Of a DNA stretch of 64,000 nucleotides, positions 49,001 to 61,000 are shown one piece after another. Each line of letters opens with the position of its first letter. Position 1 is the stretch's first letter. The notes beneath the pieces are model-generated. The model made no database searches. It was given only the letters and a program-made list of their open reading frames with translations, and was not told where the DNA came from. The stretch is from assembly GCA_002633005.1 (NCBI GenBank), contig NMRA01000017.1:1568944-1632943 (forward strand), in the 5' to 3' direction. Both the position numbers and the translations under genes were made by a program. Origin of the DNA: Phoronis australis. Taxonomy: Eukaryota; Animalia; Phoronida.

Positions 49001-52000
49001 GACCGGGCCCTGGGCTTGGTTGCATAAAGCTTCAAAATTATCCGCTGGATAAATTTGATTCTTGCACGATGTCAGGAGCATTGTTCAACAATAAAAACGT
49101 GACGTGTGATAATGCGATGCCATAGTTGCTATATGGCGTATAACATTTATGCAACCTGGCCCTGGTGTTTTTAATTTGACAGTACTCCCACAATTGGACA
49201 CATATCTCTTTAACATTTTGTACATTTGTTGATGAAATCCTCAGGTTCATCTGTAAGAAATTTGAAAAAAAAAATAGGTTTACCCGTTGCTGAGAAATTA
49301 CTTGTCAAAAAGTGGCTCACTTTTTTTAGAACGCCTGATATTATGTAATTATACAGATTCTTTCCAACTACTTTCAACAACATCAAAATAGACGGTTGCT
49401 TTGGTTCAAAACCAGAATGAAGCCACCGAGGATATGATTCAAAGTAAAATTTGCCAAGAAAATGCTAATCTGGATGAATTGTTCAAAAAAATTATCAATG
49501 CCACACTAAGAATTAATATACAGTGAAGAGCACTTGCTAAATAAAGTTATTTCCATGTTTTTAAGGATACGGTGTTTTCTCTATTAATTCGTACACTCTG
49601 TTAATTCGTACAGGACCCTTGAAACATGCCGTTTGTCTCCAATAGTTCGTACAGTAGGCATCTGAGGGAAAAATAGTTCGTACACATATCTGCATCCGAA
49701 AAAATAATTCGTGCAAGCTTTTTGGATCGGTAAAGTGGAAATTTTCATTCTGTTGTTTGCTTTACTAAGCTAGCATAGAGCTCGAAAAGTCGTTCTTCAT
49801 ATCGCCATTTTCGGCGACAGAAAATGTGGAAACAGCGATAAGATTTTCCATCGTGTCGCCAAATGGCAGAAAAATTGTCATAACAGTGGACTTTCCCAAC
49901 AAGGTTCTGTTACCCTCAGATTAGTACTACACGAATAAATTTACAAAAGTGCGGAGTAACAGTACCTTAGTCTTGTTAGAGCTGATTCTGGTGACTGCAG
50001 TGCGCAAACGACAAATGACTATACAGTGCTCCAGTTTGATTGCAACTATAATTCTCACGTGGTGAAGTGCAAACGTGCAATCTTCACGTGCTGCAGAGGT
50101 TGCATCATAAGGACTAAATTTATGGCCACAGTGGTCCCGTGACATGAGTAGAACTATGTGCGTATTAGCTGTAAAGTTCAGAGTTCAGAGTTGAGATGTT
50201 TGACGAAATAAATGTTTGAAAAACTAATTCAGGTGTTTTTTATGGCAAATGTTTATGTTCTAGACTCTGCAACCCAATGAATTGTCAACGTAAGGTTTAG
50301 TGCGGTTGTCTTATCTCAAGCGCTCGGCACGGCTAACTTCAGTTGCCATTGCGTGAAACACGCTTCGTAATGAAGATGAGAATTGGAGGTAAGCGGACAT
50401 GAGCCAGTCGTCAATCAAAAGTAACTGCAAGGGCATTACTCAACAGCAAGTATTTGCTTAATATTTCATGGCTTTGACTCGGGATGAGTCTAAAGAACCC
50501 GTACAATGGGGGTCCTAGAGAAAAAATACTTCGTACAGTAGGTGGTCGAGCGAAAAATTGTTTGTATACGTATCTTTGTCCATAAAAATAACTTGTGAAC
50601 AATCTCCAATTATTCGGGTAATCGCTGGTCCCGGTCCACTCAGGGAGTACGCGCTAGTTCAGTGTCGGTTGTAATCAACTCGGCGCTAGACAATCGCGAC
50701 CTGAAATTTGGAAATACTAGCCGAGACTGGTCATTTCGTATCAAGTAGCAACATGCAACCTGGACGTTCCCAAAACGCGAACCTAGACTAGCTTTTGGCG
50801 TCAAGTACATACTTGACACTTGTGCAAATCCGACCGTTATTTGGTTGTTTCCAAATCAAGTTGAACACTCGGCCATCTTCATTGAGTTGTCAACATGTTG
50901 CGTGAACATGGGATAACGTCTTTGGATAATTCAGAACCGATCTTTGACGCATTTCATTGGCTGGTGTTTTCGGCTACTTTTGCAAATTTTTGGATGAGCC
51001 GGCAAAAAATTCGGACCAGGGTATAAATATGTGATCAATTAAAAACGTCACAGCGATGTTTCATTCGCTAGTGACCAACTTACCGAATTTGTGATGAAAA
51101 ACATTTATTTTACATTCAAGCTGTCCGAATTAGCCTATTACATTATCACCAACATCATCTCACTGCGGCACTGGTCGACCCCGCTGTCACTTTTGCGGGC
51201 AATGTCCCGACAGACCTTGACTTGGAAATGTGTCTCTTTTTGAAGGCAAGACCGCAAACAAATTCTCCAGTCCTACTATACTTTATGGGGCTGAGCACGC
51301 GTGAATGTATGAGTCATCTGTCACTAACATATGTTGCTGTCAATGTAACATGCACTCCAACGATTCAAGTGTGGGAACATACACGCACGCGCCACTTCAA
51401 AGTCACACATCAAACTTCAATCTCTTTTGCAAAAGAGGTTGCAAAGAAGACCCGCTCTGATGAAATTGTTTTAATAGAAAAAATTAACGCTTTGACAGCC
51501 AAGGTGGAAAACGGCCCTTCAGAGGAATTAAAAAAAGATTTACAAAAAGCCAAAATTGATTTGCAAATTATCCAGACCCAAAAAATTAAGGGCTCGATCC
51601 TGCGTAGTAAAGCACAATGGGCAGAACAAGGTGAGAATGGAAAATATTTCAAAAACCTAGAGGTGTGCCACAGCAAGCAAAAACATATTAACGCCCTTAA
51701 AGATGGTGCTAAAATTATACATGATGCAGCATGCATACGGAATATGCAAGTGATTACAAAAAACTTTACTCCGATATTGAAGAATGCAACGTCGAAAGAA
51801 CGTATCCAATCCGCCTTTTTAATTTACCAATACATAAAAAGCTATCTCCAGCAGATTCTTACGTTTTAGAAAAAAACCTAACAGAAGAAGAATTGTATGA
51901 ATCTATGTTAGAGACAAAACCTAACAAGACGCCTGGTAATGATGGCATCAGCTATGAATTTTATAAAACCTTTTGGAAGGTAATTAAAGACGATTTATTG

Positions 52001-55000
52001 GCGAGCGTCACATACAGCTTTGCAATCGGTCACATGTCCAGTTCTCAAAAGCAAGGCGTAATCACGTTAATCCCGAAAAGTAAAAATTCCGAGGAATTAC
52101 TATCTTTAGATAATTGGAGACCCATCTCTCTTTTGAACTGTGACTATAAATTAATAATTAAAACAATCGCAAACAAAATATACAAATATATTGACAATTT
52201 AATTCATCCAGATCAAACATCCCTGCCGAAACGTTATATAGGCCAGAACATACGTGTAATTGACGATATGATTGAATTTTATAAAGAAAAGCACACCCCC
52301 GGTCACATTGTATTCCTCGATTTCAAGAAAGCGTACGATACTGTAAAGTGGGAGTTTTTATTTCAGTCCTTAAAAGTTTTAAATTTTGGTGACGTTTTTA
52401 TCAATAGAATCCGTACATTGTATTCTGGAATTTCGTCATGTGTGATGAACAACGGATTTATATCACAGTATTTTAACATAGAAAAAGGCCTCCGACAAGG
52501 AGACCCACTATCAAGTCCGCTGTTCGTCCTGTGTGCGGAAATTATGCCACATCATGTCAGAAGCAATGAATTAATTAGAGGCTTCATCCAAGTGGTCAAC
52601 ACATTTCGACCAGGGTAGAAATGTTGACAATGTCAGTCCAAAAACAACTAAAAAGCCAATGACTTCAAACGTGAAAACAAATGACAGTAGCAAATTGAAA
52701 AGAACAAACCATTAATCTATTTACCCATATGAGCAAGATATCAATAAAATACCATGAAGCCACCTATCATTCACGTGAACTGAGTCCATATTAAAAAGTG
52801 TGACATGGTTACAACACAATATCAAATGGATATCACAACATAGCTAATGTGATTTCTTTGATAAGAAAAAATCTTCAGGCTGCGAGTATTCAAAGAGAAT
52901 ATGAAAAAGTTCATTTTGATTTCCTTTTGAAATATCAACCACCACAAATAGTTTAATTGGATTAATACTCTAAGGCCAAACATAATATTTCCGTCACTGA
53001 TAAATTTTATCTCACATCATTTTCAAGTTACCAAAGCAGACAACAAAATGCAAAGATATTGTGGATGTTCAACTGAGCATGGATTGGTTTACTCACCTTT
53101 GAAAAAGCTGATAAGTTTCTTGAATGCAGCCACAGCATTCACAATTGGATCTTTAACACTGCTAACAACCTTATCAAACAAGTTGGCCAGATCAGACACA
53201 TCATTTATTCCAAAGTCCTGAAACATTGCGTATAGCTGTAATGCATAACCTTTTATGCATACGTTTCCTCAAATTCAGACAAAAATAAAGGCCAAAAATT
53301 TCATTTTTTATTTTTTCAAATGGTCATTGTGTTGCCAAACATTCATTGTGTTGCCAAACATTCATTGTGTTGCCAAACATTCACTGTGTTGCCAAACGTT
53401 TTCATCATGAATCAATGACAGGTGCACTATGAAAAGTTTTCATGATTAAAGTGAAATTGTCTTCCTTATTACTCTTGTTCAAAAATCTGATAAAATAAAA
53501 TTTTACTGATCTGCCGTATAGAGTTCTAATTTGAAGAAACTTTAAAGCACCTACAGGAAATGGTAAATTTAAGAAAGCTTGTCTATTAAACAGGCCATAA
53601 GGCATAAATAGTTATGGTCTGTAATTTATCGTGTTTGTGATCCGGTTTTTAGCTGCTCCCATTTTCAAAAATTTCCACACAAGACGAGCAAAAATGATTG
53701 GGGTATATTTTTTGCCTTTTACCTGGTGTTTTTTAAACTTTTCTTAAGACCATTCGTGCAGCTTTTCAGAACTTGCCATATGAAATTGATGAGGGTGGCA
53801 CCTTTTCAGTCAGTGAGCAGCCTCACTGCATACAGCACAATGTTACAAATTTGTTGATAATACAACCACCTAGTGGTATCAAATAGTAATTCACCTTGAG
53901 TACGTTTAAGTCATATCTGATGTAGCCTTGATAGCAAGCCAGTGCCTTAAAGATGTCCACTTCTTTTCCAAGAAAACCAAGGAGAGCTTTGACGTAGGCG
54001 TGGTTGTAAATGTCAATCTCAAAAAATCCCGAAAGAGGCTCTGAAAGTTATGAAATATTTCGTAGTTAATAAGAAAACTAAAAATAACAGAACTATGTGG
54101 CTATTTGGCAAAGGTAATTAATGTAATGAGCAATAGATAAGTCAAAAGTGTCTATTTGTATTAAACTGCTGCTGATTAAATTAAACCAGTTAAAACTTCT
54201 CTACGACAAAATATTTTTTTGATTCCTAGTAACAAGAGATGTCTGCAATTTTCAAACAATGCTTTAACATTGAGTTTTTCAATGTGGCTTATTATACTTT
54301 CCTTAGCTCCTAAGTAACGGTTACAAAATTCAAGCATCAGAATGAATCATACATACTTAATTGCAGTTCCATCCTGTTGCGTATGGTCAGCCCAAAGCTG
54401 GCACCAATGGCAGAAGTCCCAATAACCTTTCCCCATTCAATCCCTGGCAATTCTAATTTGAAGCTGAGGGCCCGAAAAATGTCTGCAAGGCTGCGCTTTG
54501 ATCTGGACTGCATTACCACCGGGTAAGTGTACTTCTCCCTGGATAATTGGGTAAAACAAAAGTTTAGTGAGATTGAATCATGTTGATCTTGCCTTTCACC
54601 TGTGTGCCAATTAAAGCCAGAAGGCTGACCCATCTTTTTCCAGTCACTCATTCATCAAATGTGCCATTTTAGCTCTGCCATCCTAACCTTAGTTTGTATG
54701 TCTGTCTTATCTATATCAGTGCACAGCATTGTTGAATTGCATTGTTTAGTCTTTGTTACAAACAATCAATCTTTTAATCACCTGGTAACTATATAGCTAC
54801 AGTTCTCCCACAGAACCAATCATTAGGCTTCTGGGGTTAAAAATAACAACTAAAACATTTCAACACATTAACTTCAGTCTTTACCAGTAATAGTTTATCA
54901 ATTCTACTCGTCTCAGCAAAGTACAAGTTGAAATTATTTTTATGGGATAAGTACCTGAATTAAAAACTGAGTGTTTTTACATACGGTAAAGTCGCGTGAT

Positions 55001-58000
55001 TTTCGGACACTGAAAATTAATTCCAATAGAAAAAATTCATTCTTGGACGAATCTCGCGAAACATCATTTCTGTGGTGTCCGAATTTGGCGGACCTCCAAA
55101 TTTGGGTTTCCGCTAGTGTCCGAATTTCGTGAGTGTACATTATTTCGATGAGCGGTCGTAGTATCAACATTGCTGGCTCGTTCATTTGATAGCAGTACAA
55201 TTGCAGGTAAATGAGACTCAAATGGTCTGCGCGATTAATTTTTGAAAATCTGGCTTTCCCAATAAGAAATGTGCGCTGTCGTCGCACAAGACCGTTCCCG
55301 ACAAGTGTTGGTTCTTCTTTTCAAAGATGCGCTTTCTCAATATGAAATATTCGGCTTGCATTGCCGATGCTCAAAAACCGTTCTCGGCAAGTGACGGAAT
55401 CTTTTCAAAACTGCGCTATCTCACTTGAAATATCGGGCTGCGTTGTGAAAAAAGNNNNNNNNNNNNNNNNNNNNNNNNNNNNNNNNNNNNNNNNNNNNNN
55501 NNNNNNNNNNNNNNNNNNNNNNNNNNNNNNNNNNNNNNNNNNNNNNNNNNNNNNNNNNNNNNNNNNNNNNNNNNNNNNNNNNNNNNNNNNNNNNNNNNNN
55601 NNNNNNNNNNNNNNNNNNNNNNNNNNNNNNNNNNNNNNNNNNNNNNNNNNNNNNNNNNNNNNNNNNNNNNNNNNNNNNNNNNNNNNNNNNNNNNNNNNNN
55701 NNNNNNNNNNNNNNNNNNNNNNNNNNNNNNNNNNNNNNNNNNNNNNNNNNNNNNNNNNNNNNNNNNNNNNNNNNNNNNNNNNNNNNNNNNNNNNNNNNNN
55801 NNNNNNNNNNNNNNNNNNNNNNNNNNNNNNNNNNNNNNNNNNNNNNNNNNNNNNNNNNNNNNNNNNNNNNNNNNNNNNNNNNNNNNNNNNNNNNNNNNNN
55901 NNNNNNNNNNNNNNNNNNNNNNNNNNNNNNNNNNNNNNNNNNNNAAAAAGTATTTTTACATAAGACGTTTGGTTTCCCGAACTTATATACGGAAATCGGT
56001 GGTAATACTTCCCAAAATTATTTACCCTTGCTGCAGGTAAGGCATCACCTCGGGTAAAAATAGAACAATAATAATTAGCAATGTAACAGCCATCTCTTTC
56101 GAATCAAACACAATTAAACACACTTACAGCTGAAATGCCTCTAAAACTATCTTATAAGTAATACAAAAAGCATGGTCTGTAGTTTAAGATCACGTTTCTT
56201 TTTTGTCTCAAAACTATCAACTGAAGACGGTGAAATGGACAAGAAGACAAGATCCTGTGGAAAGTAGATATGGAACTCCAGGTGGGAAACACCTATAAGG
56301 TCTCAGGTTCGTCGCATCAGACTACAGGTCCTGTATTCTTGTTAGCCTACCCCTAGGACCGCACGAAGCAACGACTATCAAATCTGATTCAACTGACTTG
56401 TCATTTTTCGAAATGATTGGAGGATTTTCTTATGGTCGCCGCAGACAGAGATCGAGTGCCACAGGGTACTGCTTGGGCGGCGCAGCACTGAAAAAATTGG
56501 AGGGCTAAAGCCCCCTCAGACCCCTGTGGTGCATCGCCTATTGACCACGCGTGGCGTAGCACTGAAAAAAGTGGGAGGTTATAGCCCCCCCCCAGTCCCC
56601 TATGGTGCGCCGCCCATGTCCCGGTGTCCTCAGTTGTCGGGTGTTGTACCTCAGACGGTACAAGGCGCGAATTAGTAACAAGACCACAAGTACACAGACC
56701 AGTGGATGATCAATCAAAATAAGGTCGCCGCATATTCAATATTTTTAGGTCTACATAGGGGTAAAGCTCGTAACGCTAGGACTTCACTAAAAAGCAAGAA
56801 TTCATGAAATTACGTGACATATTGTGTATTTTCAGTTGAAAACGTGATTTTGGCTAGATTTTTCTATTCCCAAGACAGCTACTGAACTCTACCCTAGTCT
56901 TCGTCCAGGGCCGCAAGGGTGAGAATCTCACAGCACGCTAGTCTGAAGACTTCGAGACGTATGGTCAAGAATTGCAAGCGAAGCACACGATCACGCTAGC
57001 TTCTTTAGGCGAGATTCTTGCATCTGTGATGATTATCAGAGATAGAGAATTTGTAAGGGTAGTGAAGCGTGGTTACGTAGGTGTATATTAGTTTTTGATA
57101 TGTGTTATAGTACAGGCACTTACACAACACTAAGGCAGGGATGTAGTGCCCCTGTAGCAAATGCGTGTGCGGCACTGCGCCAGCGCGCCGTTCTGAGTGC
57201 TGGGCCTTACACCGCTTAACACATTACACGAATGAACACTACCAAGAAGACACTGAAAAACGAAAGACGTTTGAACTGCAAACAGATTTTTAATGAAAAA
57301 TTTTCGTTTCAACCCAAAAATTGCGTTGTCAGAAGCACGTCTGAATGTTAGTCTGTGGTGGCTCATTCCTTGCTAACTGTCCCATTCAAAATTATTAAGC
57401 AAGCCCAGAACGGCTGCACGAAGATTTCAATCATTCGCCGGGATGCAGGTAAGTGGCAGCAAAACTTATTGTCCGGCGATAGTTGGGCATTTGCAAAGGC
57501 CAGGACGTTTTAAAATAAAAACGTTTCGTAAACACGCAAGTTGATGTCAGGCGTGCATGTTCAATGTCACAGTCGGGAGTCGAACAGCACGGCCTATTTA
57601 AACCAGAGCACATGTTACGCTACAACGAAAAGTTGCAGCCTTCGGTGTATTTCCTATTTGTATTTTCATCAGAAATTTTCGTTAGGCGGAACTCGGTGAT
57701 TCTTTTCATAGATAAAGCGCCAAACACAAGGTAAACGCAAGACAATCGAGTAACGGTCGTGACATCGTCAAGACAAGGTAAAAATTACAAACCCGTTATA
57801 CCGATTCTCGGACTCGAGCCTTACACAGTAGTAATCATCCGTTGAACGCTTTAGTGACACGGGAGTTGCGTCGATCCCAAATTACCGTATCTAAAATTTT
57901 CCTTGTCCGAAAGTTGCGGGACAAAATTCTGATGTTTATGACAATGTCCGAAATTCGAGGATCTTTGAAAAACAGTTTTTGGACCTTGTACGAATTTCGT

Positions 58001-61000
58001 GGACTATGAAAAACTCATGTCGTAAATATTTATTCTTGGTCGAAAATGGCGGGCCGTCCGAAAATCACGCGACTTTACCGTAAATAATATGTCATTGCTG
58101 AAGTCATGTCACGAGGCATAGTGTTGGAGATGCCAAGCAACTTTCATCTGCTTTACTCACTCATTTTTATTTGTTAGAAAACTTTTCACAACTTGGTTTT
58201 GTCACTCTTAACATTGAAAAGGCTATATTCAATAAGTTTCTTTCAGTGCTTTGGGAACTTTGGTTTATCAAAGCTTCGCCGAAACTTCCCTTACCTTTCC
58301 GATTAGACAGCAATATCCACACCAAACAGCGCAGTTCATTCGTACACTCAAACAAATATTGAAAACTGGGTTCAACGCTAACTGAAAACTGTTTTCCTGC
58401 CATTTATGAGTTTTTATGAAAATGGTCAGTTCATTGTCATTTTTCATCAGATATGCTTTCTTTTACAATTACGTCCATCTATTGAGAGCACGTAGGCTAC
58501 ACTACAATAACAAAGAACACATTTTGTATATCTTTGACGCGATCTCTACCGATAACTTCAACAAAGCTTTGGTTTGACTGATCCCACTATGCCAAAGTTT
58601 TGCTTTTAAATCCTATTTTCAGTGACGGTTCCCTGATTAACCTTTCCCATTTACCAAGGGTTTTGTAAAAGCAAAGTTTCACCTCGAATGCGAAAGCAAC
58701 TTTTCAAAGAGCCAACTTAGACATATTCAAAGTTGATTACTTCAGGAACATTATTACACAAACAAAATTACTGGTTACATAATTTAAGCTTGCATCCAAC
58801 TCTGCATCTGAATCAAATTTAACTGCAAAGAATAAGCTGTTTTTGTTATAAATTCTAAGTCAACTAGTATAAGCTAATCTTGTGTTGCATTATCTGTTGT
58901 TTTACCTAAAATGCAAACAAACATGCAGTAAGTGCAGTTGACCTTGCCAGGATTGTCACTATAACCAGCCAAGGTCTACAGCACACTGTGAGGCTTTACA
59001 CTGAGGCTCATAGGGAAAAGGTGTAACAAATTTCACAAAAGTCTTTCAAAACTCTGAAAACGTGATATGGAGGTCAATTAACAAAAAAGAGCAAATTCTG
59101 AGTACTTACGCAAAAACCATGTCACGCTCTTCTGCGCTCATATTTCGACGCTGAGGATGGTTCACATAGAGTTTATACGCCTGCTCTCGCACTGTGTCGT
59201 AGTAGTCATTAAGGGCTATGTCCATTAGTACTGCAGCACTCTACATAATTGAACAACAGCAAGTCGAACCCTTGATGCGTTAGCCTGCTCCCACATTTAA
59301 CATGAACCATTTATGCCATGGACATTTCAACCAGAACTGTTTTGTAATCGCCAATTTATAACAGATATGATTTGTGCAAGAGAGACTGTGGTTAAACATC
59401 ACTTGTCAAGTTGGGCACGTATCATTTATCCATTTTCGGAACATAATGCCATCATAAAGGTCATTTACTTTCAGCAAATCTGTTTCATCTCATTCCTTAC
59501 TCAGATTAGAATGGATTTCTGGGCTTGAGTAAACAGGCACATGCATGCAACGGCGGGTTTAAGTTTCAGCCAGCTAGCCAGTATGGCTGACAGGAAAGTT
59601 GCAAGTTATTTATTGTAACCAAGTTCAATCCTCACTTGATTCACTGCGTAACTCTTTTGTACACTGAAGTAAAGAAACAAATTTTGACATATCATATACT
59701 TGGTGAAATGCAGGAAGGCCAAATAACATACTTCTGAACTGAGACGGACAAGTGCACATTACCAGCAATATTGAAACTGTGAACTGCGCATGCGCAAAAA
59801 TCACTCAGTTAGCCCCCTCTGGGATACATGGGATTCGCAGAAAACACAGCGGGTGGGGTCTTATTTATGAACCAATCACATAATTTTGCCAACAGCACAA
59901 CATAGATAAGTACTTTATTAAAAACGTGGCCAAGTTTCAGCAAAATTGGAAGAAATTTTTAATGTTTAACATGGTATGGCCAAAGTCTCGATTTATTTTG
60001 TCGCTTCTATAAGTGAAATCGACACTGAAAACCCGAAAGTGGATGTGAGAAAACGATAATTTTCGACCGAGCCTTTCATGAGCAGTTAGTTGCCGATAGA
60101 CCCAACAGATGTCAATATAATCAAGATTGAAATACAGGAGTTTGAAGAAAATTAGACAAAAAAGTGTATTTAACATGGGGTGACCGAAAATTGCCAATTT
60201 TGGCCTTTTGATATCACTTTAGTTTATCATAGACTATCATCAGTGGGTCTAGTTAATTCGAAGTTTTTAGTTAAATCACTGATAATGTTCACACCAGTAT
60301 ATTTAATAAATGTTTGCTTTAAATATAACAGTTTGATTGCAACGCTCTTAGCAGTGCGTTTAGCAGCGACTGAAAATTTTTTTTCTTGAAATATATTCTA
60401 TTCTCAATAACACATAAAAATATCAATGTGTCAACATGAACAATGACTAATCAGTGAGGAACTTGCTGAATGATTTGTGATGCAAAAACCTACCTCAGGC
60501 AGACTCGGAAAAAATTGACATCTTGTCGTTGCCTTTTCACAACATTTAGTAGAACCTTAACGCAAGCCACTGTCACATTGATAAACTAATTATTGTTAGC
60601 ATTGTCACATGGATACTTTCAAGTGGCGTTGATAATGGAATGCATATTTTAAGTTGATTTGACAAAACATATACCCCCACAAAACCATTCTGTTTGGGAA
60701 ATCGCTCCCCATGCGGAAGGGTTCCGCATTCAGAACAGTTCCGCAACTGTCACTTTTATTAATTAACTATTGTTAGGTAATAATTCTGATAATTTTTTAT
60801 GTTTAACGCTTGTTGCACGTTAAGATTTTAATATTTCATGGCTTGTGTTAAGGTTCTACCAAAAGCGGTCAAATGGCATAGACAAGATGTCAATTTTTCT
60901 TGAGTCTGCTTGAGGTAGGTTTCTGGATAACAACTCATTCAGCAAGTTCCCCACTGATTAATCATTGTTCATGTTGACACATTGATATTTTCATGGGTTA

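Larger units (their letters stand above)
41407..49338 (+). mobile_element. Decayed Tc1/mariner-superfamily element of DD37D (maT) type, split by nested insertions
   Basis: TA TSD and ~50 bp TIR TCAGGTGTCCCAAAAAAGTGAG. Transposase relic IDEKDF...NHQNDRVY...KVMVSAGV...FQQEGAP (41731-42534) resumes as KKDEWPPLSPDCNPMDY (48324-48570). I count 37 residues between the second and third acidic positions. Confidence 0.9.

Noticed and set aside
51222-52618. Functional reverse transcriptase gene or retron-like system
   Set aside because: Frameshifted, lacks the endonuclease and YADD regions, and is an ordinary truncated L1/Tx1 fragment.
58167-58403. 78-aa minus-strand ORF followed by a donor-like gtgagt
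   Set aside because: No recognisable motif, and exons 2 and 3 join in phase without it.
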